64,000 bases of DNA. Source: Asaia bogorensis. Lineage in GTDB: Bacteria > Pseudomonadota > Alphaproteobacteria > CACIAM-22H2. Position numbers and translations under genes: made by a program. Below are positions 28,035 through 37,272 of the stretch, piece after piece. Every line of letters starts with the position of its first letter. Positions within the stretch are counted from its first letter, which is position 1. The notes below the pieces were generated by a model that saw only the letters and a list, made by a program, of their open reading frames with translations, was not told the DNA's origin and did no database searches. The stretch spans positions 2,066 to 66,065 of the forward strand of contig CAMDLT010000020.1 in NCBI GenBank assembly GCA_945901855.1, written 5' to 3'.

Positions 28035-29105
28035 CTAGATCCCGGATTTGCGCGCGGCTTCTTCGAGTTCGTCGATCATCTGCATGCCCGGGACGACCTC
28101 CGAGCGCACGAACTCGAGGCGCTTGTTGGGGCCGCCGCTGGCGGTTGGAAACCGGTCGCGCCATAGCTGCATTTTGACCGACAGCCCGCAGAGCACGCCG
28201 CCGATCGAGCGGTGGTTCGAGAACACCATATCCTTCATGCGGCTGAAGCTGTCGGCGTTGATATCTTTCCAGAAATCGGCGCTCTTGCGGTTAAAAGCTT
28301 CGAACCGGCCCGTCAACGAGATGATCACGCCCGACATCGAATCTCGGGTCTTGTCCAGCATCTGCTTGGACATGCGATCGCCCTTGATCATCTGGTTGTC
28401 GTCGAGCGGCTTGACCCAGTCGAGAAAACTTTGGACCTGGGGCACGACCTTGTCGAGGCACGAGCGGAAATAGGCCAGCGACAAAAACGTATCGCCGTAA
28501 TCTTCGAGGAAGCGCGGAATTTCGGTCAGCGGCACGTTCAGCTTTTGGGACATCATGCGCAGATTCTTGAGCGCATCGTCGCGATTGGGCGCGGTGAGCA
28601 GCTTCATGATGTCCGAAACGTCGTTCACCTCGAAATCCGCCGTGCCGTAGATCTGCTGTATCAACGGATGGGTAAACACCTTCATGTGTTGCGTAAGTTC
28701 TTGGCGTTTGCCTTCCGAAAGCTGCAATTCCTTGTTGACGTCGATATTGAGAGAGAGCGAACGCAGCGCAACGCGCAGCGTGTAGACGTCGAAAGACGGA
28801 ATGGCGCTCAGATTTTGCAGCAGCGGCATGTCCTTGCGCAGTTCGGTCGCACAGCTTTGGAAAACGCTGTGCAATGCGTCGAGGGGAACTTGCGCCGATT
28901 TGTGGCCTTGGTATTTGTAGAGTTCGACAACCGAATCGAGCCGCACGTTCTTTATGAGACGCAGCCTGCGCAACCCCGGCGTTTCGAGCGGGATAATGCT
29001 GAGGGGCAAGATATGAAGCGCATCTTGACCCTCCGCATCGTATTCGGCATTGGCAGCTTCGCCTGAAGCAGGCGTCGGACCATCGATCTTGGTGCTTTGT
29101 TCCAT
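28035..29105 (-). CDS. hypothetical cytoplasmic protein (356 aa), no recognisable domain
   Basis: Long protein-like ORF 77 nt downstream of the CheZ-like gene on the same strand. It has an acidic N-terminus, no TM segment or signal peptide, and is largely helical-looking. Confidence 0.6.
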   Translation of the reverse strand: MEQSTKIDGPTPASGEAANAEYDAEGQDALHILPLSIIPLETPGLRRLRLIKNVRLDSVVELYKYQGHKSAQVPLDALHSVFQSCATELRKDMPLLQNLSAIPSFDVYTLRVALRSLSLNIDVNKELQLSEGKRQELTQHMKVFTHPLIQQIYGTADFEVNDVSDIMKLLTAPNRDDALKNLRMMSQKLNVPLTEIPRFLEDYGDTFLSLAYFRSCLDKVVPQVQSFLDWVKPLDDNQMIKGDRMSKQMLDKTRDSMSGVIISLTGRFEAFNRKSADFWKDINADSFSRMKDMVFSNHRSIGGVLCGLSVKMQLWRDRFPTASGGPNKRLEFVRSEVVPGMQMIDELEEAARKSGI

Positions 29106-29182
29106 GTTGAGCGCTTTTTACGCCGTAAGAGCCGTCAATACCAGCCCCGATCTTGGTCTGCGGTTGTTGGCGCGTCCGCGCA

Positions 29183-30076
29183 TCAGTCGAAAAGCTTGTC
29201 AATATCCGCCTGCGACGCCGTCGCGCCAGCAGTGGCGGGCGCGGGAGAGGGCGGCGCTGGCGGCGGCGTAGCTTGTTTGGCAGCTGCCGGGGGCGGGGCG
29301 GGCGCTGGGGCGGGTGTCGGCGGTGCTATGGGTGCGGGTGCGTCAAACCCTGCACCGGCCAACAGCGCGTCGATCTCATCTTGCGTGCGGCCTTGGCCGG
29401 GCATAGCCGGTCCATTCAACAGATGCGCATCGCCGCGGGTGTCGGCATTTGCATCGCGTTTTGCAACGCCGCCCGGCAGATTCTCGGCGCCCCAAATTTC
29501 GACCATCGCGTTGACGCGCTGGTCGATATAGCGAAGCGTGCTGACGACTTTGGAGATGCGCTGGCCGGTAATATCTTGGAACGAGCAGGCCGTAAAAATC
29601 TCGGTTGCTTGGTCGCTCAGCACCTGGCCTGCTTCGGCGCATTCGGTCGGAAGATTTCCGGCAACTTCCATAATGCGCTCGGCTGCATTGAGAATATCCG
29701 AGGTCGCGCGCTCGGTCGAAGCCACGATCATGTCGAGCTCGCTGGTCGCGCTGTTGATGCGGTTGTCGGTAACGGCGAGTTTCGGGTCCTTGTTGTAGAT
29801 CGAAGCGATTTCGGATTTTGCGGCCTGGATATGGGCGGCCATGCTTTGCAATTCGGCACGCAGCACATCGATGCTCTGGGTTTCCTTGGCACTCGACATT
29901 TGCTTGATCGTCCACTCGCGGAACGAGGCGGCGATGCGCCGCGCTTCGTCGAGCGCCACTACGCGCGAGCGCACGTCGCGGGCGCGCAAGAAGGCGCGGC
30001 CGCGCGTGCTGTTCAACAGCGCGTCCTCGATGGCGAAATATTCTTCGTCCGAAAGTTCGATCTTCGTCATTGGCAA
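29183..30076 (-). CDS. cheZ: CheZ-family phospho-aspartate phosphatase with C-terminal Pro/Ala-rich extension
   Basis: 297 aa. ..ACSFQDITGQRISKV.. matches the CheZ catalytic signature (E. coli AQDFQDLTGQVIKRM). ..LLNGP.. is also conserved. ..QDEIDALLAGAGFD resembles the E. coli C-terminal CheY-binding peptide QDQVDDLLDSLGF. Confidence 0.8.
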   Translation of the reverse strand: MPMTKIELSDEEYFAIEDALLNSTRGRAFLRARDVRSRVVALDEARRIAASFREWTIKQMSSAKETQSIDVLRAELQSMAAHIQAAKSEIASIYNKDPKLAVTDNRINSATSELDMIVASTERATSDILNAAERIMEVAGNLPTECAEAGQVLSDQATEIFTACSFQDITGQRISKVVSTLRYIDQRVNAMVEIWGAENLPGGVAKRDANADTRGDAHLLNGPAMPGQGRTQDEIDALLAGAGFDAPAPIAPPTPAPAPAPPPAAAKQATPPPAPPSPAPATAGATASQADIDKLFD

Positions 30077-30134
30077 CCTGCAGATAAAAGATGTGGCGTG
30101 ACGCGCAAGCTAGTCGGAATTGGCTAAGAACGGG

Positions 30135-31277
30135 TTAAAGTTTGCCCTCGATGGCGGCTCTGAAAATTCGCTCAAGGTCGCCATGCTCGACTTTGCAGGG
30201 ATTGCCGCCTGCCGACGGATCGGCCGCCGCCATCGCCCCGATTTCGGCCGCCCGCGACGTATCGATCCCCAGCATGGCGAGCGTGGGGGGAATTTTCAAC
30301 AGGTCGCGAAACTGCAAGACCCAAGCAAAGACCGTATCGAAATCGGCGCGCGGCAAATCGAGGGAACGCGACAAGTTCGGCATACGCGCGGCGATCGCAG
30401 CGCGATTGTGGCGCATGACATAAGGCAGCAAAATAGCGTTGGTCAGACCGTGATGCGTGTCGTAGACGGCACCGATCGGATGGGCAAGCGCGTGGACGGC
30501 GCCAAGCCCCTTTTGGAAGGCGACGGCACCCATGCTGGCGGCGGCCAGCATCTGCGCGCGCGCTTCGATGTCGGCGCCGTTGGCGACAGCGCGTGGCAGA
30601 AACTCTTTCACCAGGCGCATGCCTTCGAGCGCGATGCCATCGGCCATGGGATGGAATCCGGGCGCGCAATAGGCCTCGAAGCAATGCACGAACGCGTCGA
30701 CGCCCGTCGCGGCCGTCATATGCGCAGGCAGGCCAATGCTCAGTTCCGGATCGGCGATCACGATGCCGGGCATCATTTGTGGGTGAAAAATGATTTTTTT
30801 GACGTGCGCCGCCTCGTCGGTAATGACCGAAGCACGTCCGACTTCGGAGCCCGTGCCGGCGGTTGTCGGCACCGCGACGACCGGCACCATCGCGGCCGGA
30901 TCGACGCGCTTGAAATTATCGCCGACATCCTCGAAGTCCCAGAGCGGCCGCGTCTGGCGGGCCATCAGCGCGATGGCCTTCGCCGCATCGAGGCCCGATC
31001 CGCCGCCAAACGCGATAACGCCGTCATGCGCGCCCGCGCGCAAGGCCGCGACGCCGTCGGCAACGTTGGTACCCGTCGGGTTGCCGCGGACTTTGGCAAA
31101 AAGCGTCGCGCCCGAGAGGGCCAGCGCTTTTGCTACCATCGGCGTCGATGCAAGTCCTGCATCCGTGACCAGCAGCGCATTGGCAATGTGCAGGCGCTTG
31201 AGCGCTGCGGGCAATTCGTCCAACCGACCTGGCCCCGACCAGATTGTCGTGGGGTAGTTCCAATTGCCCTTTACCAT
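30135..31277 (-). CDS. iron-containing (group III) alcohol dehydrogenase
   Basis: 380 aa. Motif GGGSGLDAAKAI and metal-ligand His pattern (..AHPIGAVYDTHHG..). Confidence 0.85.
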   Translation of the reverse strand: MVKGNWNYPTTIWSGPGRLDELPAALKRLHIANALLVTDAGLASTPMVAKALALSGATLFAKVRGNPTGTNVADGVAALRAGAHDGVIAFGGGSGLDAAKAIALMARQTRPLWDFEDVGDNFKRVDPAAMVPVVAVPTTAGTGSEVGRASVITDEAAHVKKIIFHPQMMPGIVIADPELSIGLPAHMTAATGVDAFVHCFEAYCAPGFHPMADGIALEGMRLVKEFLPRAVANGADIEARAQMLAAASMGAVAFQKGLGAVHALAHPIGAVYDTHHGLTNAILLPYVMRHNRAAIAARMPNLSRSLDLPRADFDTVFAWVLQFRDLLKIPPTLAMLGIDTSRAAEIGAMAAADPSAGGNPCKVEHGDLERIFRAAIEGKL

Positions 31278-31291
31278 CGCAGCCGCCCGCC

Positions 31292-32722
31292 TCAGATGAT
31301 TTCGAAATAGCGCTGCAGCTGCCAGTCGCTGATCGCTTTATTCGCCTCACGCTGTTCCCAGTCGCGGCTGGCGGCATAATGCGCGACGAATGGTTCGCCG
31401 AACAGGTCTTTGGCGACCGACGAGGCGGCCAATCGCGTCGCAGCTTCGCCCAACGTGCGCGGCAACTGCAATTCGGGCGGCGGAACCAGATCGTAGGCGT
31501 TGCCGACGACCGGGGCCGTCGGTTCGATCTTGTGCTCGATACCCCACAGTCCGGACCCAAGGGCCGCAGCAAGTGCGATGTAGGGATTGATATCGGCCGC
31601 GGCGACCCGGTATTCGACGCGCTGCGACTTCGGCGCGCCGGGGATTGCGCGTAGCGCCGTGGTGCGATTGTCGATGCCCCACAGCGCCGCTGTCGGGGCC
31701 CAGAAACCGGGGACAAGTCGCGTGTAGGAATTTACCGTGCAGGCCACCATGGCGAGCAACTCGGGCATCAGCTTTTGCTGGCCGCCGATGAAGTGGCGCA
31801 TCGTATCTGAAATGCCATGCGGCTTGGTTTCGTCGTGAAAGACGGGCCCACCGGCCGCGTTCTGCAGCGACAAATGCAGATGGCCCGACTGGCCCGGCCA
31901 GTCGTGCGACCATTTCGCCATGAATGTTGCCATACGATTTTGGCGTTGGGCGAAAACCTTGGCGAAGGTTTTGAACAAAGCGGCTTTGTCTGCGGCGGCG
32001 ACGATATCGTCGTAGAGCAGCGCCGCCTCGAGCACGCCCGCGCCCGTCTCGGTGTGCAGGCCTTCGATCGGCACGTCCATCGCGCGCATCGTGTCGAGCA
32101 GCGCGTGATAGAATTCCGCATGCACGGAACTGCGCAGCATCGAATAGCCAAAAGACCCGGGCGTAAGAGTCTTCAGGCCGCGATAGTTTTTCTCGCGCAC
32201 CGATACGGGCGTTTCCTCGAACACAAAGAATTCGAATTCCGCGGCTGCTTTGGCAGCAAGCCCCATGTCGGCCGCGCGCTGGACGACGCGCCGCAACGTG
32301 CCGCGCGGACAAACGGTTTCAGCCCGACCCGCAAATTCGGCCAGAAAAAGCAAGGTTGACGGCTCGAACGGGACCGCGCGGCAAGTCTCGGGCAGCACGC
32401 GAACCGGCGCGTCGGGATAGGCGGTGTGCCAGCCCGTGTATGTCGCGCAATCGTAAAGCTGGTCGTTCGAATCCCAGCCAAGCACAACGTCGCAAAATCC
32501 GAATCCGGTCTGCAGCACGGAGCGGAATTTCTCGCGCGACAGATATTTGCCGCGCATGACTCCGTCGATATCGAACAGACCGACTTTCACATTGTCGATT
32601 TTGCGCGCGTCCAGCAGGGCGGCGGCTTGTTCGGCAGTTTTGACGTCGCGGGGTCCGGTTGCGGGCTCCCGGTCGCCGGCCAGATCAGGCGGCACGGCGC
32701 AGATCCAGTCGGCTCCAGACAT
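31292..32722 (-). CDS. glutamine synthetase-family ligase (gamma-glutamyl-amine synthetase, PuuA/IpuC-like)
   Basis: About 476 aa. GS catalytic-domain collinearity (..[13 protein letters not shown].., ..[17 protein letters not shown].., ..NSYTRL.., ..WG.DNRT.ALR.., ..R.EYR....D.NPY..). The start is uncertain (32740, 32722 or GTG 32695), and all three options overlap the hemA 3' end. Confidence 0.8.
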   Translation of the reverse strand: MSGADWICAVPPDLAGDREPATGPRDVKTAEQAAALLDARKIDNVKVGLFDIDGVMRGKYLSREKFRSVLQTGFGFCDVVLGWDSNDQLYDCATYTGWHTAYPDAPVRVLPETCRAVPFEPSTLLFLAEFAGRAETVCPRGTLRRVVQRAADMGLAAKAAAEFEFFVFEETPVSVREKNYRGLKTLTPGSFGYSMLRSSVHAEFYHALLDTMRAMDVPIEGLHTETGAGVLEAALLYDDIVAAADKAALFKTFAKVFAQRQNRMATFMAKWSHDWPGQSGHLHLSLQNAAGGPVFHDETKPHGISDTMRHFIGGQQKLMPELLAMVACTVNSYTRLVPGFWAPTAALWGIDNRTTALRAIPGAPKSQRVEYRVAAADINPYIALAAALGSGLWGIEHKIEPTAPVVGNAYDLVPPPELQLPRTLGEAATRLAASSVAKDLFGEPFVAHYAASRDWEQREANKAISDWQLQRYFEII

Positions 32723-33902
32723 CAACCAGCGCCTCGACAAGCTGATCCATCAGCCCATCGTCGTGGAAGGGGGTGGCGGTCAAACGCAGCCGTTGCGTGC
32801 CGCGCGGCACGGTCGGGAAATTGATCGGCTGGACATAGATCGATTTTCGCATCAGCAGTTCGTCGCTCGCCTGTTTGGCGAGGCGCGCGTCGCCGACGAG
32901 CAACGGCACGATGTGCGTGGCCGACGGCATCACCGGCAGTCCTGCTTGGACCAGCAACCGCTTGAGGCGTTCGGCGCGTTCGGCCAGTTTGGCGCGCGCG
33001 GCTTGGTCGCTTTTGAGATGGCGGATGGCGGCACGCGCACCGGCTGCCACGACCGGCGGCATCGAGCTCGAGAAAATGAAGCCGGGGGCCGTGCTGCGGA
33101 CAGCATCGCACAAAGCCGTCGAAGCCGCGATATAGCCGCCGACCACGCCAAAGCCCTTGGCGAGCGTGCCTTGCACAATGTCGAGGCGCGCTTGCGCGCC
33201 ATCGCGTTCGGCAATGCCGGCGCCGCGCGCGCCGTAAAGACCGACCGCATGCACTTCGTCGAGATACGTCATCGCATCGTATTTTTCGGCGAGGTCGCAA
33301 AACGCGTGGATCGGCGAAACGTCGCCGTCCATCGAATAGACGCTCTCGAACGCGATCAGCTTTGGGCGCGACGGTTCGATCGATTGGAGCTGGGCTTCGA
33401 GATCGGCCGCATCGTTGTGGCGAAAGACGAGTTTGTCCGCGCCCGAATGGCGAATGCCTTCGATCATCGAGGCGTGGTTGAGCGCATCGGACAAGATCAC
33501 GACGCCTGGCAGCAGCCGCCCGATCGCCGACAAAGCCGCCTCGTTGGCGTTGTAGCCGGAACTGAACACCAAGGCCGCCGGCTTGGCATGCAGATCGGCC
33601 AGTTCGCGCTCGAGCAAAACATGCTGGTGGTTGGTACCGGAGATGTTGCGCGTTCCGCCCGCACCGGCCCCGTTCGCGACGAGCGCCGCCTGCATGGCGG
33701 CAAGCGTGTCGGGATGCTGGCCCATGCCCAGATAGTCGTTCGAGCACCATACGACGATGTCGCGCGGTCCCTCCGGCGAATGCCAAGTCGCATGCGGAAA
33801 GGCGCCGCATTTGCGCTCGAGATCCGCAAACACGCGGTAGCGGCCTTCGGCCTTCAAAGCGCCGATGGTGTCGGAAAAATAGCGTTCATAGTCGCGTCGC
33901 AT
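32685..33902 (-). CDS. hemA: 5-aminolevulinate synthase
   Basis: 405 aa. Classic ALAS N-terminus (..[17 protein letters not shown]......[15 protein letters not shown]..) and PLP-Lys region ..[13 protein letters not shown].., collinear with alphaproteobacterial HemA. Confidence 0.9.
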   Translation of the reverse strand: MRRDYERYFSDTIGALKAEGRYRVFADLERKCGAFPHATWHSPEGPRDIVVWCSNDYLGMGQHPDTLAAMQAALVANGAGAGGTRNISGTNHQHVLLERELADLHAKPAALVFSSGYNANEAALSAIGRLLPGVVILSDALNHASMIEGIRHSGADKLVFRHNDAADLEAQLQSIEPSRPKLIAFESVYSMDGDVSPIHAFCDLAEKYDAMTYLDEVHAVGLYGARGAGIAERDGAQARLDIVQGTLAKGFGVVGGYIAASTALCDAVRSTAPGFIFSSSMPPVVAAGARAAIRHLKSDQAARAKLAERAERLKRLLVQAGLPVMPSATHIVPLLVGDARLAKQASDELLMRKSIYVQPINFPTVPRGTQRLRLTATPFHDDGLMDQLVEALVDVWSRLDLRRAA

Positions 33903-33922
33903 CGCCCCAGTCCCCCGAAATG

Positions 33923-35320
33923 TCAGTCAAAAAAACCTTTGGCGCGCGCAACTTCTGCACCCTCGGCAAGGCCCTTGGCAAAGCGCGCGAACAATTCATC
34001 TATCCCCGCCTCGTCGATAATCAATGGCGGGCACACCGCCACGCGATTGTCGAAGAGGCCGCGCACCATCAGCCCGTTGGCTTCGCAGGCTTTGGCGATC
34101 AAGGGGGCGACGGCTTGGCTTGGCTCGAACATCGTCTTGGTCGTTTTGTCTTTGGCAAGCTGCAGGCTGCCAATCAGCCCCACACCCGTGGCATGACCGA
34201 CGATCGGATGGTCGGCGAGTTTTTGGAGCGCGGCTTGGAAGCGCGGCGCTACGCGCCGGACATGGCCGACGATGTCGCGCTCTTCGTAGATGGCCAGCGT
34301 TTCGAGCGCGACAGCGGCAGGCACAGGGTGAGCCGTATAGGTGTAACCGTGCCCGAAAGTACCGATCTTCGCGCTGTTGGCCTGCATGGCCGCATAGATC
34401 GGCTCTGAAATCAGCACGGCCGAGATCGGCAAGTACGCCGACGACAGCGCTTTGGCGCAGGTCAAAATATCGGGCACGATGCCGTAAGTCTGGCTGCCCC
34501 ACATGTTGCCAGTGCGCCCGAAGCCGCAAATGACCTCGTCGGCGACCAGCAAGATGCCGTATTTTTTGAGTACGGCTTGGATCTTCGGGAAATAGCCCGC
34601 GGGCGGCACGATGACGCCGCCGGCCCCCATGACGGGCTCGGCAAACATCGCAATGATGGTTTCGGGATCTTCGGCCAAAATCAGTTTTTCGAGATTTTCG
34701 GCGAGCCGCGTCGAATACTGTTCCTCGGTTTCGCCCGGCAATCCGCCGCGATAGAAATCCGGCGTTTCCGCGTAAGCGACCGGGAAGATTGGTAGGTCAA
34801 AGTCTTTTTGATTTGCCGGAAGTTTGGTGAGCGATGCGGCCGCGATCGTCACGCCGTGATATGCCTTCTCTCGGCTCAAGATTTTTTTGCGCCTGGGCGT
34901 GCCCGCCGCGTTCGCGATGTACCAAAGAATCTTGATTGCCGTGTCGTTGGCTTCCGATCCCGAGTTGGCGAAGAAGACCTTCGACATGGGCACGGGCGCA
35001 AGTTCTTTGAGCTTTTCGGCAAGTGCGATGCCCGGCTCGTGCGACTTGCCGGCGAAGATATGGTAAAACGGCAATTGCCGCATTTGCTTGTGCGCAGCAT
35101 CCGCCAGGCGCGCCTCGTCGAAGCCAAGAGAAGCGCACCACAGGCCCGCCAAGCCCTCGATATAGGTCTTGCCATTGTCGTCGACGACATAGATGCCATG
35201 GCCCTTCGCCATGATGACTGGCCCATCGCTCTCGTGGGCGCGGAGATTCGTGTAGGGATGCACGAGCGCTGCAATGTCGCGCGCTGCCAGCGAGTTGCCG
35301 CGTGGGCGTAAGTCGTTCAT
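33923..35320 (-). CDS. class-III (omega) aminotransferase
   Basis: 465 aa. Motifs ..[13 protein letters not shown].., ..[11 protein letters not shown].., ..[10 protein letters not shown].. (PLP Lys). It resembles beta-alanine/putrescine-pyruvate transaminases. Confidence 0.85.
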   Translation of the reverse strand: MNDLRPRGNSLAARDIAALVHPYTNLRAHESDGPVIMAKGHGIYVVDDNGKTYIEGLAGLWCASLGFDEARLADAAHKQMRQLPFYHIFAGKSHEPGIALAEKLKELAPVPMSKVFFANSGSEANDTAIKILWYIANAAGTPRRKKILSREKAYHGVTIAAASLTKLPANQKDFDLPIFPVAYAETPDFYRGGLPGETEEQYSTRLAENLEKLILAEDPETIIAMFAEPVMGAGGVIVPPAGYFPKIQAVLKKYGILLVADEVICGFGRTGNMWGSQTYGIVPDILTCAKALSSAYLPISAVLISEPIYAAMQANSAKIGTFGHGYTYTAHPVPAAVALETLAIYEERDIVGHVRRVAPRFQAALQKLADHPIVGHATGVGLIGSLQLAKDKTTKTMFEPSQAVAPLIAKACEANGLMVRGLFDNRVAVCPPLIIDEAGIDELFARFAKGLAEGAEVARAKGFFD

Positions 35321-35586
35321 CGGTTTGATCCCCCTTGGATACCAACTCTAGCGCAGCGAATACGAAGCTGTCGCGCGTAACAATGTTCTGATATTGTTCT
35401 ATCTATTGCCTATTTGATCGGCAAATATCGTTTGATTTGCCGGCCGAACACGCTACGTAGGACGTAATCCGGCGCTCCGACTTGGCACGAAAGGTGCGTG
35501 GTCAAAGACCGGTGTTCTCCGGTTTTCGGCCGGAGAGCCTTTGGACAGACCCCCTCCCGCATTCGCGGGTGTTCACTGGAGGAAAA

Positions 35587-37194
35587 ATGAAAACCAAATC
35601 TCGTCTCGCGCAGGTAGCGTTCGCTGCCGCTGCGACCGGCGCCGTCGCCTTGGGCCTGCTGCCCGCTGCGGCCGACGCAAAAACCTTCCGCATGTCGGTT
35701 TCGGGCGACGCCAACACGATGGACCCGCATTCGCAGAATGCCGGCAACGTCACGCTGGTGCTGCGCCAAATCTACGAACCGCTCGTGCAGCGCGGCAAGA
35801 CGATGGAACTCCAGCCATCCTTGGCCGTGCGCTGGACCTTGATGGAGCCCACGCGCTGGCGCTTCAATTTGCGCCCGGACGTCAAATTCTCGAACGGCAA
35901 CGCCTTCGATGCGGACGACGTCGTCTTCTCGATCCAGCGGTCGCTGCACGAATTCTCGAACTACGGCATCTTCACCGACACGATCGCCGAGGCGCGCAAG
36001 ATCGATGCGCTGACGGTCGACATCATCACGAAGGTTCCCGATCCGGTGCTGATCGACAAGCTCACCCAAGTCTACATGATGGACAAGGAGTGGAGCGAAG
36101 CCAACAACGCCACGCGACCGCAGAACGTGCGCGGACGCGAAGACAGCTTCACCGGCCGCAACACGATGGGCACGGGTCCGTTCGTGCAGCGCAGCCGCGA
36201 GCCCGACGTTCGCACGGTGATGGTGCAGAACCCGACCTGGTGGAACAACGCAGCGCGCGAAGGCAACGTGACCGAACTCGTGTTCCAGCCGATCGCGTCG
36301 GCTGCGACGCGCACGGCCGCACTGCGTTCGGGCGAGATCGACTTCGTGCTCGACCCGCCGGTGCAGGACATCGCCCAGCTTGGCGCCGCGCCCGGCCTCA
36401 AGATCGTCTCGGGGCCCGAAGTGCGCACCATCTTCATCGCGTTCGACACCAGCCGCGACGAGCTGCTCTATTCGTCGGTCAAGGGCCGCAATCCGTTCAA
36501 GGACGTGCGCGTGCGCCTGGCCATGTACCACGCGATGAACATCGACGCGATCCACACGCGCGTGATGCGCGGCCAGTCGGTCAATACGGGTGCCCTCTAT
36601 CCCGATACGGTCACCGGCTACACCAAGACTTGGGACAAGCGCTATCCGTTCAACGTCGCCGAAGCGCGCAATCTGATGCGCCAGGCGGGATATCCGGACG
36701 GTTTCGAAATCACCTTCGACTGCCCGAACAACCGCTACATCAACGACGAGGCGATCTGCCAAGCGCTCGTCGCGATGTGGGTGCAGATCGGCGTCAAGGC
36801 GAACCTGAACGCGATGCCGCTTGCCACCTACTTCCCCAAGGTCCAGCGCGACGACACGTCGCTCTATCTGCTGGGCTGGGGCGTGCCCACGCTCGATGCG
36901 CTCTATTCGCTGCAGTCGCTGATCCGCACGCGCGACGGCCAGCCGGGCAACGGCATCTGGAACCATGGCCGCTTCTCGGATCCGGATTTCGACCGCGTCA
37001 TCGACGCGGTGAAGCTCGAAACGAACGTCGCCGCGCGCAACAAGCTTATCGACGAGTTCAACAAACTCTACCACGAGCGCGTGCCGCATCTGCCGCTGCA
37101 TCACCAGGTGATTCCGTGGGCGATGCGCTCGAACGTCGATCTCGTGCACAGCCCGCTCAACCAGCTCGAAGTCAAGTGGGTCAAGGTCAACTAG
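35587..37194 (+). CDS. ABC transporter substrate-binding protein, family 5
   Basis: Trimmed to ATG 35587 after GGAGG. It has a signal peptide (MKTKSRLAQVAFAAAATGAVALGLLPAAADA) and is collinear with family-5 SBPs. Confidence 0.85.
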   Translation: MKTKSRLAQVAFAAAATGAVALGLLPAAADAKTFRMSVSGDANTMDPHSQNAGNVTLVLRQIYEPLVQRGKTMELQPSLAVRWTLMEPTRWRFNLRPDVKFSNGNAFDADDVVFSIQRSLHEFSNYGIFTDTIAEARKIDALTVDIITKVPDPVLIDKLTQVYMMDKEWSEANNATRPQNVRGREDSFTGRNTMGTGPFVQRSREPDVRTVMVQNPTWWNNAAREGNVTELVFQPIASAATRTAALRSGEIDFVLDPPVQDIAQLGAAPGLKIVSGPEVRTIFIAFDTSRDELLYSSVKGRNPFKDVRVRLAMYHAMNIDAIHTRVMRGQSVNTGALYPDTVTGYTKTWDKRYPFNVAEARNLMRQAGYPDGFEITFDCPNNRYINDEAICQALVAMWVQIGVKANLNAMPLATYFPKVQRDDTSLYLLGWGVPTLDALYSLQSLIRTRDGQPGNGIWNHGRFSDPDFDRVIDAVKLETNVAARNKLIDEFNKLYHERVPHLPLHHQVIPWAMRSNVDLVHSPLNQLEVKWVKVN

Positions 37195-37272
37195 GATGAT
37201 CCGACCCGCCTCGGGCGCCAAGCGCGGCGCTCGAGGCGTCGTCGCCCTCGAACGCAAAACGGCATCTTCGAC

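Noticed and set aside
29200-29340. GC-rich, repetitive-looking DNA (GGCGG/GGGCG runs) that could be mistaken for a tandem repeat or CRISPR-like array
   Set aside because: There are no regularly spaced identical repeats. The stretch simply encodes the Pro/Ala-rich linker of the CheZ-like protein on the minus strand.
32461-32480. GTTCGAATCCC, a tRNA T-arm-like motif
   Set aside because: It lies inside the well-supported GS-family coding sequence. No acceptor stem, D-arm or anticodon arm can be built around it.
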